A DNA stretch of 37,119 bases. Origin: Acidobacteriota bacterium. Lineage in GTDB: Bacteria; Acidobacteriota; Terriglobia; Terriglobales; Acidobacteriaceae. The stretch lies in NCBI GenBank assembly GCA_025353435.1, contig JANXQR010000171.1:1-37119 (forward strand), given 5' to 3'. The translations under genes were made by a program, and so were the position numbers. Below, one piece after another: positions 20,707 through 29,686 of this stretch (within the stretch, counting starts at the first letter, position 1; each line of letters opens with the position of its first letter). The notes beneath the pieces were generated by a model. That model made no database searches. It was not told where the DNA came from and was given only the letters and a program-made list of their open reading frames with translations.

Positions 20707-20950
20707 ATGCTCCTCCGGTCCAGTCATGAAATGCAAGCGGGGCCGCAGAGATCAAGCGAGACCGGCCCCGGAAATTCGGCAGGATTATCAACCTCTACCC
20801 GACGAGTTGTCCATCCTAAACCATTTGGCGAATTTATACGGGCTTAGAGCGCTCCACACCGGTGACCACCGACACGTCCATTTTTCCATGCTGCCTAAGC
20901 ATGCTCTGCAGGAGCGCCCGCACCCGGCGTTGCGGTATAACCAGACTTGC

Positions 20951-22105
20951 ATGGCCAGCTACGCAAACACCACTCTGAAGGTACCAATCGCCGTTCCGCA
21001 GGCAGGCGAGCTTACCCGTCGCGCATACGCCGAGCCGCCTCATGCCTACCGTGCGCCATTCGCTCGCGACGGAGCTCGCGTGCTTCACGCCAAGGCGTTT
21101 CGCCGCCTGGCCGGCAAAACCCAGGTGTTTACCCAGTTGCCAGGAGAGCATTCGGGCGATCACTTCCGAAGTCGCTTGACGCACACGCTCGAGGTGACGC
21201 AGATCGCGCGAACGCTGGCCACCGCGCTGGGCTTGAATGTGGAACTGGCCGAGGCGCTGGCCCTGGTCCACGACATCGGACACCCCCCTTTTGGTCACGC
21301 CGGGGAAAAGGCTCTCGATCATGCCCTCAAGGCAAACGGTCTTGGCTTCGATCATAATCTGCACGCATTGCGCATCGTTACCTGGTTTGAAGAACGCTAC
21401 GCCGCGTTTCGGGGGCTCAATCTCACCCTCGCCGTGCGAGAAGGCATCATCAAGCACTCGCGCGACTACGCTCCGGCTGAGCACCCCGAGCTGGCTGAAT
21501 ATCTTCTCGATCAGAGGCCGCCTATCGAGGCGCAACTTATCGACCTTGCCGACGAGATCGCGTACCTGACAGCCGACCTCGACGACGGCCTCGACTCCGG
21601 AGTCCTCACGCTGGAACAGGTGCGCGCCGGGGTGCCGCTGTTCCGCGGGTTCCACGATACCGTTCTGTTGAAGTACCCCAATGCAGGCGTGCGGCTCACC
21701 ATAAGCGAAACGCTCCGGCTCGTCCTGAATGCGCTCGTGACCGACCTTTTGCGCGATGTGCATGCGCGGGTCGCGGGGTTGGGAATCGCCACCCTCGACG
21801 ATGTGCGCCGCACGCCGGGCCGAATCGTGGCATTGAGTGAATCGATGGAAGCCCAGCGCGCGATTGCGAAGAACTTTCTCTACCTGAATCTGTATAACTC
21901 GGCTGGCATGGAAGAAGTGCATCGCCACGCAGAAACAGTGGTGGAGAGCCTATTCGCGCTCTTGATGGCCGACCCGACCCTGCTGCCGGAGGATCACCGC
22001 GCGCTGATCCCATCAGAAGGCTTGGCGCGCACCGTGACGGACTACATCGCAGGCATGACGGACAGTTTTATCGAGCAGATGTGGGTGCGGCTGCAGAGGG
22101 CCTGA
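20951..22105 (+). CDS. dgt: dGTP/dNTP triphosphohydrolase (HD domain, short Dgt type)
   Basis: FRRLAGKTQVF, RSRLTHTLEV, HDIGHPPFGHAGE, GLNLT, ADEIAY..ADLDDG, DYIAGMTD. Start reassigned to ATG 20951. Confidence 0.92.
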   Translation: MASYANTTLKVPIAVPQAGELTRRAYAEPPHAYRAPFARDGARVLHAKAFRRLAGKTQVFTQLPGEHSGDHFRSRLTHTLEVTQIARTLATALGLNVELAEALALVHDIGHPPFGHAGEKALDHALKANGLGFDHNLHALRIVTWFEERYAAFRGLNLTLAVREGIIKHSRDYAPAEHPELAEYLLDQRPPIEAQLIDLADEIAYLTADLDDGLDSGVLTLEQVRAGVPLFRGFHDTVLLKYPNAGVRLTISETLRLVLNALVTDLLRDVHARVAGLGIATLDDVRRTPGRIVALSESMEAQRAIAKNFLYLNLYNSAGMEEVHRHAETVVESLFALLMADPTLLPEDHRALIPSEGLARTVTDYIAGMTDSFIEQMWVRLQRA

Positions 22106-22122
22106 AGTATGAAATCAAGAAG

Positions 22123-22533
22123 CTACTTGGTGGGCAGGAATTCAATCCGGGCCAGGTCTTCGACAGCCTTGAAACCGTAATCAGCCGTGACAAGCACGTG
22201 CTCCGAAGACCGCATGGCAAGATCGAGCGCAAAGGCATCCGCGTAGGAGATCTTTCGATCCACCTTTAGGTGTGCTGCTCGAACCGCCTGCTCTCCGCTT
22301 GCGGGAACGATCTCGACTTCTGTTGGCAACAAGGCGCTCAGGATTCCAATCTCTTTATGGGCTCCTTGGTGCACTCGGACTCGGCCGGCCACTTCACCCC
22401 ATTGAACGGCGGAGATTAAGATTTGAGCTCTGCCGGTAACCCCTGCCTTGAGAATCTCTCCCATTCGTTCGGAACCAGCCTCATTGTCGGCGAATCTCAA
22501 AACTGCGGAAGAGTCCAGCGTGTAGACAATCAT
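22123..22533 (-). CDS. vapC: PIN-domain ribonuclease toxin, type II TA system
   Basis: LDSSA, WGEV, SYADA and VTAD acidic residues; about 136 aa; directly downstream of an AbrB-fold gene. Confidence 0.88.
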   Translation of the reverse strand: MIVYTLDSSAVLRFADNEAGSERMGEILKAGVTGRAQILISAVQWGEVAGRVRVHQGAHKEIGILSALLPTEVEIVPASGEQAVRAAHLKVDRKISYADAFALDLAMRSSEHVLVTADYGFKAVEDLARIEFLPTK

Positions 22534-22539
22534 CAATAC

Positions 22540-22809
22540 CTACCAGCCCTCTTCCCTCAACTCGCGCTCACGCTCAAGTCGCCGGTCTTCAAGCAGGGAA
22601 TCGGTCATGGACGGCCCTCCCGCGGTGATGCCACGCGCCGCATCGATCATGCGCAACTTCGCCGCGATTGAATCTGGCACAAGGACCAGCTTTGGGCCTT
22701 CTTCAATGAATTTCACTCTGGTCCCCGCTTCAATCCCAAACTTCTGGCGGATCTCCGCCGGAATCACCAGTTGCCCTTTGCTGCTGACGCGCGTGTATGC
22801 CGGTTTCAT
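22540..22809 (-). CDS. vapB: AbrB/MazE/SpoVT-fold antitoxin
   Basis: VSSKGQLVIPAEIRQKFGIEAG.RV.F swapped-hairpin motif and a charged C-terminal tail. Confidence 0.88.
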   Translation of the reverse strand: MKPAYTRVSSKGQLVIPAEIRQKFGIEAGTRVKFIEEGPKLVLVPDSIAAKLRMIDAARGITAGGPSMTDSLLEDRRLERERELREEGW

Positions 22810-22855
22810 GTCTTACATATTAGCATAAGTAAGCCATCATAGGTAAGTAAGACAT
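22808..22855 (-). promoter_or_regulatory. TA promoter/operator: extended -10 (TGcTAATAT) inside a 9-bp inverted repeat
   Basis: ATGTCTTAC (22808-22816) / GTAAGACAT (22847-22855); direct repeat TAAGTAAG at 22826 and 22844; the -10 sits 7 nt before the ATG. Confidence 0.65.
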
Positions 22856-22885
22856 TTCTAAGAGTAAGCCGAGCCTTCATGCGCC

Positions 22886-23911
22886 TTACTGTACCGTCCC
22901 CTGCGGCCTTAGCCGACGCAAGTCCAGTGCGCATTCCACCGCATTCTGCGCGTAGAGCCGCAGATTGTCCGAGGCAGCCCACAGCCAGAAGCGCGTCGTC
23001 TGGGCCGGGTTGCGGCCTTCCTTAAAAGGACGCAGGCGTACCAGCACGTCGTTCTGCCCAGTCGCAGCCAAGTTCGAGGGCGAATCAGTGTCTTCAAGCA
23101 CCAGGTCGATGCGGGAGCCGCTCAGCGCCTCTTCGAGCACGGTGATGTCGACCGCCCGCTCCAGTTCGACAACAATCGAGAATATGTGGCCGTGAAAAAC
23201 CGGTGCAGCAATGGCTTGGAGCGCGATGGCTGGCCAGCGCCCGCCACCCAGCGCTTCATAGTGGCGGCGAATGCGGGCCTCCAGGCTCTGCAGGCTGAAT
23301 TGCGCAGCCTCGCCCAGCCCGGAGAGCAGGTTGAATGTGGCCTGGGCGTCGTAAATGGCGCGGGGAAGGTCCTGGAAGCTCAGCAGGTTAACAGTCTGCT
23401 GATGCAGTTCGTCCATGGCTCCACGACCAAATTCGCTGGCGGGCGCCATCACCGTCGCCGCCGCGAATCGAACCGGCGCAACGTCCTGCACGCGCTCCAG
23501 CAACAGTGAAAGCGCAAGAGCGGCAGGGTGGGCAGGAACCACCGCCGGGGTGAACAGGTCGGCCGTGCCTGGGCCGGAACCCAGCCAGGGCGCACGCACC
23601 AGGACACCCGGCTCCTGATCGAGCGCGCCGGAAAGGTCCAGGACCGTCGAGCCTGCACGCAGAGCATCCTTCCAGTGGCGTCGAGTCAAGGTCTCCGAGC
23701 CGCAAAAGAAGCTGAAGTCCACCTTCTCAAAAGAGTCTGACAAGATTGGTTGCACAAACGTGATCTCGTCGCCAACCTGGTCGAGTTGGCCTTGCGCGTC
23801 AGTGTCGTCGAGCAGCGTAAACGTGGCTTCCGCCAAAGGCGACTCGGAGATAACGTCCTTGAGTTCCTTGCCCAAAAGGCTCGACGCGCCGGCAATTGCG
23901 ATCTTGTACAC
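22886..23911 (-). CDS. Aspartate-semialdehyde dehydrogenase-like (Asd/Usg fold) protein lacking the catalytic Cys
   Basis: KIAIAGASSLLG, VLDLSGA, AMDELHQQT, PVFHGH and DNLR match the Asd fold. The NPNC motif is replaced by PAHP. Confidence 0.85.
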   Translation of the reverse strand: MYKIAIAGASSLLGKELKDVISESPLAEATFTLLDDTDAQGQLDQVGDEITFVQPILSDSFEKVDFSFFCGSETLTRRHWKDALRAGSTVLDLSGALDQEPGVLVRAPWLGSGPGTADLFTPAVVPAHPAALALSLLLERVQDVAPVRFAAATVMAPASEFGRGAMDELHQQTVNLLSFQDLPRAIYDAQATFNLLSGLGEAAQFSLQSLEARIRRHYEALGGGRWPAIALQAIAAPVFHGHIFSIVVELERAVDITVLEEALSGSRIDLVLEDTDSPSNLAATGQNDVLVRLRPFKEGRNPAQTTRFWLWAASDNLRLYAQNAVECALDLRRLRPQGTVQ

Positions 23912-23919
23912 GAAAGTCC

Positions 23920-24834
23920 TTAGAGGATTGGTTGTGAGGGTTTGACGGGGTCAGAGGATTCAAGATCAGTGCCCGGCTTGCGCCTCCGCCGGCGCTGCCA
24001 GGAATAGGCGGCCCGCGCCCAGATGCCTGAGAACATGTACACCAGCGCCGCCGCGAACAGCACACCCTGTGAGAACCGGACGACGGCAAACAGAATGATG
24101 GCAAGAAAAAGAAGCGTCTGAGAACGGTGACGGCGAGAGAAGTTGATTTCCTTGCCAGACCAGAATCGCCAGGTGCTTACCATGAGGAACCCGCAGGTTC
24201 CTACCAGTCCCAGCCAAATGACGGCAATCCACCATGCCTGGTTGGGATAACCGCCAAAGAAGTGCACCGTGGCGGCGAGAATGGCTGCCGCCGCCGGAAT
24301 CGGCATCCCCACAAAGTACTTGCGATCGGGACGGCCCGGGTTCCGTGGCTGGGGGTTGTGGCTGATGTTGAAGCGCGCCAGACGCGATGCCCCGCCGATG
24401 AGGTAAAGGAAGCACAGAAAGCCGCCGACGTGGAGCAGGTCCTGGCGCAATTCGGGGTTTTTCGACATCGACTCGGGCAGAAAATGGAAGCACCAGATAT
24501 AGGCGAGGAGGCTGGGTGCCACACCAAACGTAATTACGTCCGCCAGCGAATCCAGCTCCTTGCCAAACTCGCTGGTGGTGTTGGTCATGCGCGCAATGCG
24601 CCCGTCGAGCGAGTCGAAGGGAATGGCGAGCAGGATGGCCATCGCCGCCCAATCCAGGTGCGTATGGGCATCGGCATTTGCGCCGATTGCCGCGAACGTC
24701 TGGATGATTGCGAAGTAACCCGCACCAATGTTGCCCACCGTAAACAGCGACGGCAACAAATACATGCCTCGGCGCAGCCGGGCGCGTTTCTGGGCGGGGG
24801 TCAGGGGCACGCCGTTATTCACGGCGATCCCCAT
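23920..24834 (-). CDS. pssA: CDP-diacylglycerol--serine O-phosphatidyltransferase (CDP-alcohol phosphotransferase)
   Basis: [17 protein letters not shown]....[38 protein letters not shown]. Overlaps psd by 20 bp. Confidence 0.92.
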   Translation of the reverse strand: MGIAVNNGVPLTPAQKRARLRRGMYLLPSLFTVGNIGAGYFAIIQTFAAIGANADAHTHLDWAAMAILLAIPFDSLDGRIARMTNTTSEFGKELDSLADVITFGVAPSLLAYIWCFHFLPESMSKNPELRQDLLHVGGFLCFLYLIGGASRLARFNISHNPQPRNPGRPDRKYFVGMPIPAAAAILAATVHFFGGYPNQAWWIAVIWLGLVGTCGFLMVSTWRFWSGKEINFSRRHRSQTLLFLAIILFAVVRFSQGVLFAAALVYMFSGIWARAAYSWQRRRRRKPGTDLESSDPVKPSQPIL

Positions 24835-25519
24835 TTTCAGGGTCGGGAAGCACGCTGGCGCTGGCAGAGCGATTTCGGTGGCGGTCCGGGGTCACGCCGG
24901 CGCCCGCCATCATGACCGCAATCACGCTGGCGCCGCCTTTGACGCGCTGGCCGACCTTCACCTGAAACTCAGCTTCGGCCGGCAACACGACGTCAGTCCG
25001 CGAGCCGAATTTGATGAGGCCCACGCGTTGCCCGCGCTCCACGCGGTCGCCTGCCTTGAGATGAAATACGATTCGGCGCGCCAGCAATCCCGCAATTTGC
25101 TTGAAGGTGACTTCAATGCCCTCACCGTACATGGTCACGATGTTCCGCTCGTTGCTCTCGGCCGACTTGGGGTTCATGGCGTTCAGGTATTGGCCCTTGT
25201 AGTAGCGGACTTCGCGCAATTCGCCCGCAATGGGCGCGCGGTTCACATGCACGTCGAACACGCTCAGAAAGATGCTGATGCGCTTGCGGGGACCTTCAGG
25301 AGTGGAGATGGTGGTTGCCTCTGTAACAAGGCCGTCCGCAGGGGACACGATCAGACCAGGTTCCGAGGGAATGGGCCGCTCGGGATCCCGAAAAAACCAC
25401 AGAAAGAAGGCAGCGAGGAGGACAGGGACGATAGCCCACGCCCAAGTACCCGTGGCCCATACAACCAGCGCAGCCACTGCAAGCAAGCTCAAACCGTAGA
25501 TGTAACCGTCACGAACCAT
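24815..25519 (-). CDS. psd: Phosphatidylserine decarboxylase proenzyme
   Basis: [37 protein letters not shown] and the self-cleavage motif FGSR. Confidence 0.95.
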   Translation of the reverse strand: MVRDGYIYGLSLLAVAALVVWATGTWAWAIVPVLLAAFFLWFFRDPERPIPSEPGLIVSPADGLVTEATTISTPEGPRKRISIFLSVFDVHVNRAPIAGELREVRYYKGQYLNAMNPKSAESNERNIVTMYGEGIEVTFKQIAGLLARRIVFHLKAGDRVERGQRVGLIKFGSRTDVVLPAEAEFQVKVGQRVKGGASVIAVMMAGAGVTPDRHRNRSASASVLPDPENGDRRE

Positions 25520-25633
25520 TGTCCCAACGATTATACGGTTTGAATGCGTGCGGAACGCAGGGTCGGCTCGCGCGGACCTGCAATTGCGCCGCTCCGCCCT
25601 TCGCTTTACCAGTGATCGACGACCCGGCTATCC

Positions 25634-25840
25634 CTACGCCATTACGACTGAACGGCGTTCCAGGGCGTAGATCAGATCCTTGGCGTGAAGTTTCAGTTTT
25701 TTCAACCGCACTTCTTCGAGCTGCTCGTCATCGGACAAGTAAGGTTTCTCAATCAGCTCTTCCAACCGCTGAGCGTAGCGACGGTGTTCGGCATGCAGAC
25801 GGTTCAGTTCTTCGCTCAGCGGATCGTGAATCTCTTCCAT
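25634..25840 (-). CDS. Small coiled-coil protein, YdcH/DUF465 family
   Basis: L.RL..EH.....RLEEL......E.....RLKKLKL..KD.I pattern; GGAGG RBS before ATG 25840. Confidence 0.85.
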   Translation of the reverse strand: MEEIHDPLSEELNRLHAEHRRYAQRLEELIEKPYLSDDEQLEEVRLKKLKLHAKDLIYALERRSVVMA

Positions 25841-25968
25841 AGGCGCCTCCCTGGGATTCGATATTAACCGGACATTAAGATATAGACCCACGGCTAAGGG
25901 GTCTGCAAGTGGAGGGACGCACGAAAGTTACGCGACCCTGTGGAATTTCGGACTCCATTGGCCGCAAT

Positions 25969-25984
25969 TGTGATGCAAATCACT
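25969..25984. promoter_or_regulatory. CRP/FNR-family-like box TGTGA-N6-TCACT
   Basis: AATTGTGATGCAAATCACTTAT matches TGTGA-N6-TCACA at 9/10 positions, with AT-rich flanks, in the rimI-ydcH intergenic gap. Confidence 0.5.
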
Positions 25985-26012
25985 TATAATTCGCTATTTG
26001 CGCCAGGGCAAT

Positions 26013-26483
26013 CTATTTTCGGGACAATGGGAGTAGGGCGCGCATTATCACTGCGTCCTCGCCGGTATCGGGATAGTATCCCTTCCTTCGTGAAAATGTG
26101 ACAAAGGAATGGGCGCTGTAAAACGTCTGGGCGGGGAGGTTGGAGGAGCGAACTTCCAGAGTGATTTCGTTGACGTCGCGGGATACGAGTTCTCGAAGCA
26201 GGGCGGACAGGAGCGCGCTCCCTGCTTTGCAACGTTGAAATGGTTGAGAGATGGCGATGGTCTCTAACTCGGCCTGGGGAGAAACCAGAGAGGCGATTGT
26301 GAAGCCGATGACCACGCTGGAAATTTCAGCGACGAGAGCGATGCGCAGGGGAATTGCGACGGTGTCAAGTGCGGCCTCGTAGGCTGAGGGTGGCCAGTGC
26401 GGCGCTGCCTCGATGCTTGCGGCGATGGCCAAGACGGCGTCGAGGTCTGCGTCGGCCATCGGACGAACTTTCACTTCGCTCAT
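26013..26483 (-). CDS. rimI: Ribosomal-protein-alanine N-acetyltransferase
   Basis: AELETIAI, ITLEVRSSN..AQ.FY, RRKGYY...GEDAVIM. The ATG overlaps the tsaB stop (ATGA). Confidence 0.9.
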   Translation of the reverse strand: MSEVKVRPMADADLDAVLAIAASIEAAPHWPPSAYEAALDTVAIPLRIALVAEISSVVIGFTIASLVSPQAELETIAISQPFQRCKAGSALLSALLRELVSRDVNEITLEVRSSNLPAQTFYSAHSFVTFSRRKGYYPDTGEDAVIMRALLPLSRK

Positions 26484-27139
26484 GCGCGGTGGGCCGGAGT
26501 TGCTGATGGGTCGCCGAAGATCTCTGCGTCTGAGCGGCGGAGATAGTGGCCGTCCAGCAGCGCGATGTCGGCAAACTGGCGTATCCGGATACGAGGAATG
26601 GCCAGGCGGAGCGCGTCGGCGGCATTGGGAGCAGCCGTCGTCAGGAGATTTGCAGAGGGCCAGGCGGATCCGATCAACGCGCTTGCGCTTGGATCGCAAA
26701 CTGCAATGTCTGGAGGGGGATTGAGGGAGGCAAGCTCGGCAGCACTGGCGAGCAATTCCCTTCCCTCGAGTCGGAGATAGACTTCGTGCCGGTGGGCATC
26801 GAGTGCCGCGTTTGCGATGCCGGCTTTCGATGCCACGACTTCAAGGCGCGACACGACAATTACGGGGATTCCCGCGCCATCCGCAAGGCCTTTCGTCGCG
26901 CCAAGCCCCACGCGGACGCCTGTGAAGCTGCCCGGACCGTTCACTGCGACGATGCAGAAAATCTGTGCCAACGCGACACTGTGTTGACTCAGAATTTCGC
27001 CTACCGCAGCGACAAGTGTGGCCGAATAGGTGCGTCCTTCAAGCTCGACCTGCGAGAGCACTTCGATTTCATCGCCGGTCAACTGCCCGAGGGCGACCGA
27101 TCCCGCGGGGCCACATGTGTCGATGCCCAACACCAGCAT
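26480..27139 (-). CDS. tsaB: tRNA threonylcarbamoyladenosine biosynthesis protein TsaB
   Basis: MLVLGIDT, GPGSFTGVRVG, LDAHRHEVY, YLRRSDAE. The true start is ATG 27139; the ORF-track extension to 27988 is antisense to the MFS gene. Confidence 0.93.
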   Translation of the reverse strand: MLVLGIDTCGPAGSVALGQLTGDEIEVLSQVELEGRTYSATLVAAVGEILSQHSVALAQIFCIVAVNGPGSFTGVRVGLGATKGLADGAGIPVIVVSRLEVVASKAGIANAALDAHRHEVYLRLEGRELLASAAELASLNPPPDIAVCDPSASALIGSAWPSANLLTTAAPNAADALRLAIPRIRIRQFADIALLDGHYLRRSDAEIFGDPSATPAHRA

Positions 27140-27301
27140 GGAAGGCTCCGGCGTCGCTGAAGTTGAGCTGTTGGTCGTCACCTTATCAGGATGACACACG
27201 GCAAATCGGAGCTTCCAGTTCGCACGCACCCAGACGATTTCCGATAGTCTGAGAGCTGCACTTCCTACCATCATCTCTATACCGGCAATTAAGGAGCAGG
27301 C

Positions 27302-28897
27302 TTGGCGGCCGCGGCGGCGACTCTCAGCTTTCATGAAACATGGCGCCCGCGCGCTAATCCGTGGCTCATCGCCATCACGGTGACGCTGGCGACGTTTATG
27401 GAGGCGCTCGATACCTCGATTGCCAACGTGGCCATGCCACACATCGGCGGTTCGCTCTCCGCCAGCCGCGATGAGGCCACATGGGTGCTGACCAGCTACC
27501 TGGTAGCGAATGCCGTGGTGCTGCCCATCAGCGGCTGGATTGCCAACCGCATCGGACGCAAGCGCTTCTACATGAGTTGTGTCACGCTCTTTACGCTGAC
27601 CTCGCTCATGTGCGGCCTGGCGCCTTCGCTCGGAGTTCTTGTGGTCTGCCGCGTGCTTCAGGGCGCTGCCGGCGGCGGCCTGCAGCCTAGCGAGCAGTCG
27701 ATCCTCGCGGACACGTTTCCTCCGGAGAAGCGGAGCATGGCCTTTGCGGTGTACGGCATGGCAGTGGTGCTGGCGCCGGTGCTGGGACCCACAGTGGGCG
27801 GCTGGATTGTGGACAACTACAGCTGGCGCTGGATCTTCTTCATCAACATTCCGGTCGGCATTCTCTCGCTTTACCTGACTAACCGCGTGGTTGAAGATCC
27901 GCCCTATCTGGCGGCCATCCGCAAGAAGCGCGAGAGCATCGATTACTGGGGCCTTGGGCTGCTGGTAGTGACCATTGCCGCGCTGCAAACGATGCTCGAC
28001 AAGGGCCAGGAGGAGGACTGGTTCAGCTCGCGCTTTATCACCACGTGCTTTGTCGTCTCGGCAATCGGCTTAAGCATCTTTGTCTGGCGGCAGCTTCACG
28101 TCGAACACCCTATTCTCGATTTGCGGCTCTTCAAGCGGCGCAACGTGAGCACCACCATGTTTGTGATGTTTATGGTGGGCGTATCGCTTTATTCGTCGAC
28201 TGTTCTGATCCCGCAATTTTTGCAGGAGATCATGGGCTACTCCGCGGAACAGGCTGGCATGGCGGTTTCGTCGGGCGGGCTTGCCCTGATGTTTCTGTTC
28301 CCGGTGGCAGGAGCGCTAGCGCCCAAGTTTGATCCGCGATGGCTGGTTGCGATGGGTTTCAGCGTCACGACGTTCGGACTGTTTCGCATGACGGGCCTGA
28401 GCTTGAACACGAGCTTTGGCACGGCCGTGAGCTGGCGCGTGGTGATCGCGCTGGGCCTGCCGTTCTTATTTATTCCGATTAATACGCTGTGTTACGCGGG
28501 CATCCCGCAGGAGAAGTACAACGAGGTGAGCGGCCTTTCCGCTCTGATGCGCAACCTGGGCGGGAGCGTGGGGATCAGCTTTGTGATCACTCTGCTGGCG
28601 CGCCTGACACAAAAGCACATGGCCATGCTGGGAGCGCATACCGCGCCGGGCAATGGACCTTTCGAGGCCACTCGCCAGGGACTTGCGGGTGCGATGCACC
28701 ATCAAATGGGCGGCTCGGCCGGCGATGCGATGTACCGGGCGGGTGCACAGATTTATGGGATGGCGCAGTTGCAGGCGCGGCTGCTGTCATATGTCGATGC
28801 GACCTGGGTGATGGTGGCGTTGACGGCGATTTTGATTCCGCTGCCGTTTTTGATGAAACGGCCGGCGAAGGCAGGCAAGGTGGTTGTGGGGCATTAA
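27302..28897 (+). CDS. DHA2 family MFS efflux permease (EmrB/QacA-like)
   Basis: LDTSIANVA, WVLTSYL, IGRKR, RVLQG.GGG, LGPTVGGWI, WRWIFFINIPVG, RNLGGSVG. AAGGAG RBS with a TTG start. Confidence 0.93.
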   Translation: MAAAAATLSFHETWRPRANPWLIAITVTLATFMEALDTSIANVAMPHIGGSLSASRDEATWVLTSYLVANAVVLPISGWIANRIGRKRFYMSCVTLFTLTSLMCGLAPSLGVLVVCRVLQGAAGGGLQPSEQSILADTFPPEKRSMAFAVYGMAVVLAPVLGPTVGGWIVDNYSWRWIFFINIPVGILSLYLTNRVVEDPPYLAAIRKKRESIDYWGLGLLVVTIAALQTMLDKGQEEDWFSSRFITTCFVVSAIGLSIFVWRQLHVEHPILDLRLFKRRNVSTTMFVMFMVGVSLYSSTVLIPQFLQEIMGYSAEQAGMAVSSGGLALMFLFPVAGALAPKFDPRWLVAMGFSVTTFGLFRMTGLSLNTSFGTAVSWRVVIALGLPFLFIPINTLCYAGIPQEKYNEVSGLSALMRNLGGSVGISFVITLLARLTQKHMAMLGAHTAPGNGPFEATRQGLAGAMHHQMGGSAGDAMYRAGAQIYGMAQLQARLLSYVDATWVMVALTAILIPLPFLMKRPAKAGKVVVGH

Positions 28898-28952
28898 CGC
28901 CGGCATTCGTCGAATTGAAGAGATGCGCGATATCAGCGCAGAGGGCATACTT

Positions 28953-29014
28953 CAGGGGCTAAAGCCCAACCCGTCAAACGATCTCACAATGTCAGGGCTA
29001 AAGCCCTGACCTAC
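28953..29014 (-). repeat. REP-like element: two GGGCTAAAGCCC hairpins, one a GTAG-type REP
   Basis: GGGCTAAAGCCC at 28956-28967, and a perfect hairpin GTCAGGGC-TAAA-GCCCTGAC at 28991-29010 followed by CTAC (GTAG 5' of the hairpin on the minus strand). Confidence 0.7.
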
Positions 29015-29651
29015 CAGCCGTGCCTTCTTTCAGCAATCGCAGAATTTCCTGCTGTTGAGTTTTTGCCTCTGGTGAGCCGGAGCCGCCACGGCCCGTATTC
29101 AGCGTGGCGAGGAGCATGGGCGTGGAGCCGTTCTTGTTAGTGCAGGCGGGGTCGGCGCCAAGATCGAGCAGCGTGCGGACGGCGCCTGCGCAGCGTGTTC
29201 TTACCGCGATGTGCAGCGGAGTCACGCCACGTTTGCTGGTTGCGTTTGGATCGGCACCGGCATCGACAAGGCAGGTGATGGTGGCAGCCTGAGCGCTCGG
29301 ATTCCAACGGTGCGAGCCCGGACCACCGGCGGCAGCAGCATGCAGCGGTTCGTCTCCGAAGCGATTGCGAGCGCGCACGTTTGCGCCTGAGGCGATTAGT
29401 TGACGGGCGATTTCGGGCTGGTAGGCCGCGGCAGCAAAATGCAGCGCGGTGTCGCCTGCCACGATGTAGCGCATAACGGCGTCTATGAACGATCCCTTCG
29501 CGGCAGCCCGTGTTGCGCCGCTCTGGAACGATGCCGTAGCCAGGAGGGGCGCGGAAGTGAGCAGCTGGCTGACGGCTAGAGAGTCGCCAGCGACGATGGT
29601 CGTCACCAACGCGCGAAGAGGCCGATCCGAATCTAAACTCGTCTCGACCAT
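28998..29651 (-). CDS. Ankyrin repeat protein
   Basis: GDTALHFAA, GDEPLHAAA, GVTPLHIAV, GSTPMLLA with GANV/GADP linkers; GGAGGA RBS before ATG 29651. Confidence 0.92.
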   Translation of the reverse strand: MVETSLDSDRPLRALVTTIVAGDSLAVSQLLTSAPLLATASFQSGATRAAAKGSFIDAVMRYIVAGDTALHFAAAAYQPEIARQLIASGANVRARNRFGDEPLHAAAAGGPGSHRWNPSAQAATITCLVDAGADPNATSKRGVTPLHIAVRTRCAGAVRTLLDLGADPACTNKNGSTPMLLATLNTGRGGSGSPEAKTQQQEILRLLKEGTAGRSGL

Positions 29652-29686
29652 GCAATCCTCCGAGCGACGCAATGCTCAGGTAGCGA

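Noticed and set aside
20627-20950. 108-aa N-terminal extension of Dgt
   Set aside because: It overlaps the divergent SBP start and promoter region and has no domain-like features. ATG 20951 is more plausible.
20951-22809. dGTPase plus TA pair as an anti-phage defence island
   Set aside because: The dGTPase looks like the ordinary short housekeeping Dgt, is convergent with the TA pair, and has core-gene neighbours. No other defence genes are nearby.
27140-27988. Apparent 283-aa N-terminal extension or fusion on TsaB
   Set aside because: It is mostly the reverse complement of the MFS gene. TsaB homology starts at MLVLGIDT, which has its own GGAG RBS.
27302-28897. EmrB-like pump lacking an adjacent EmrA/TolC as a novel system
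   Set aside because: Stand-alone DHA2 permeases are common, and nothing else unusual was seen.
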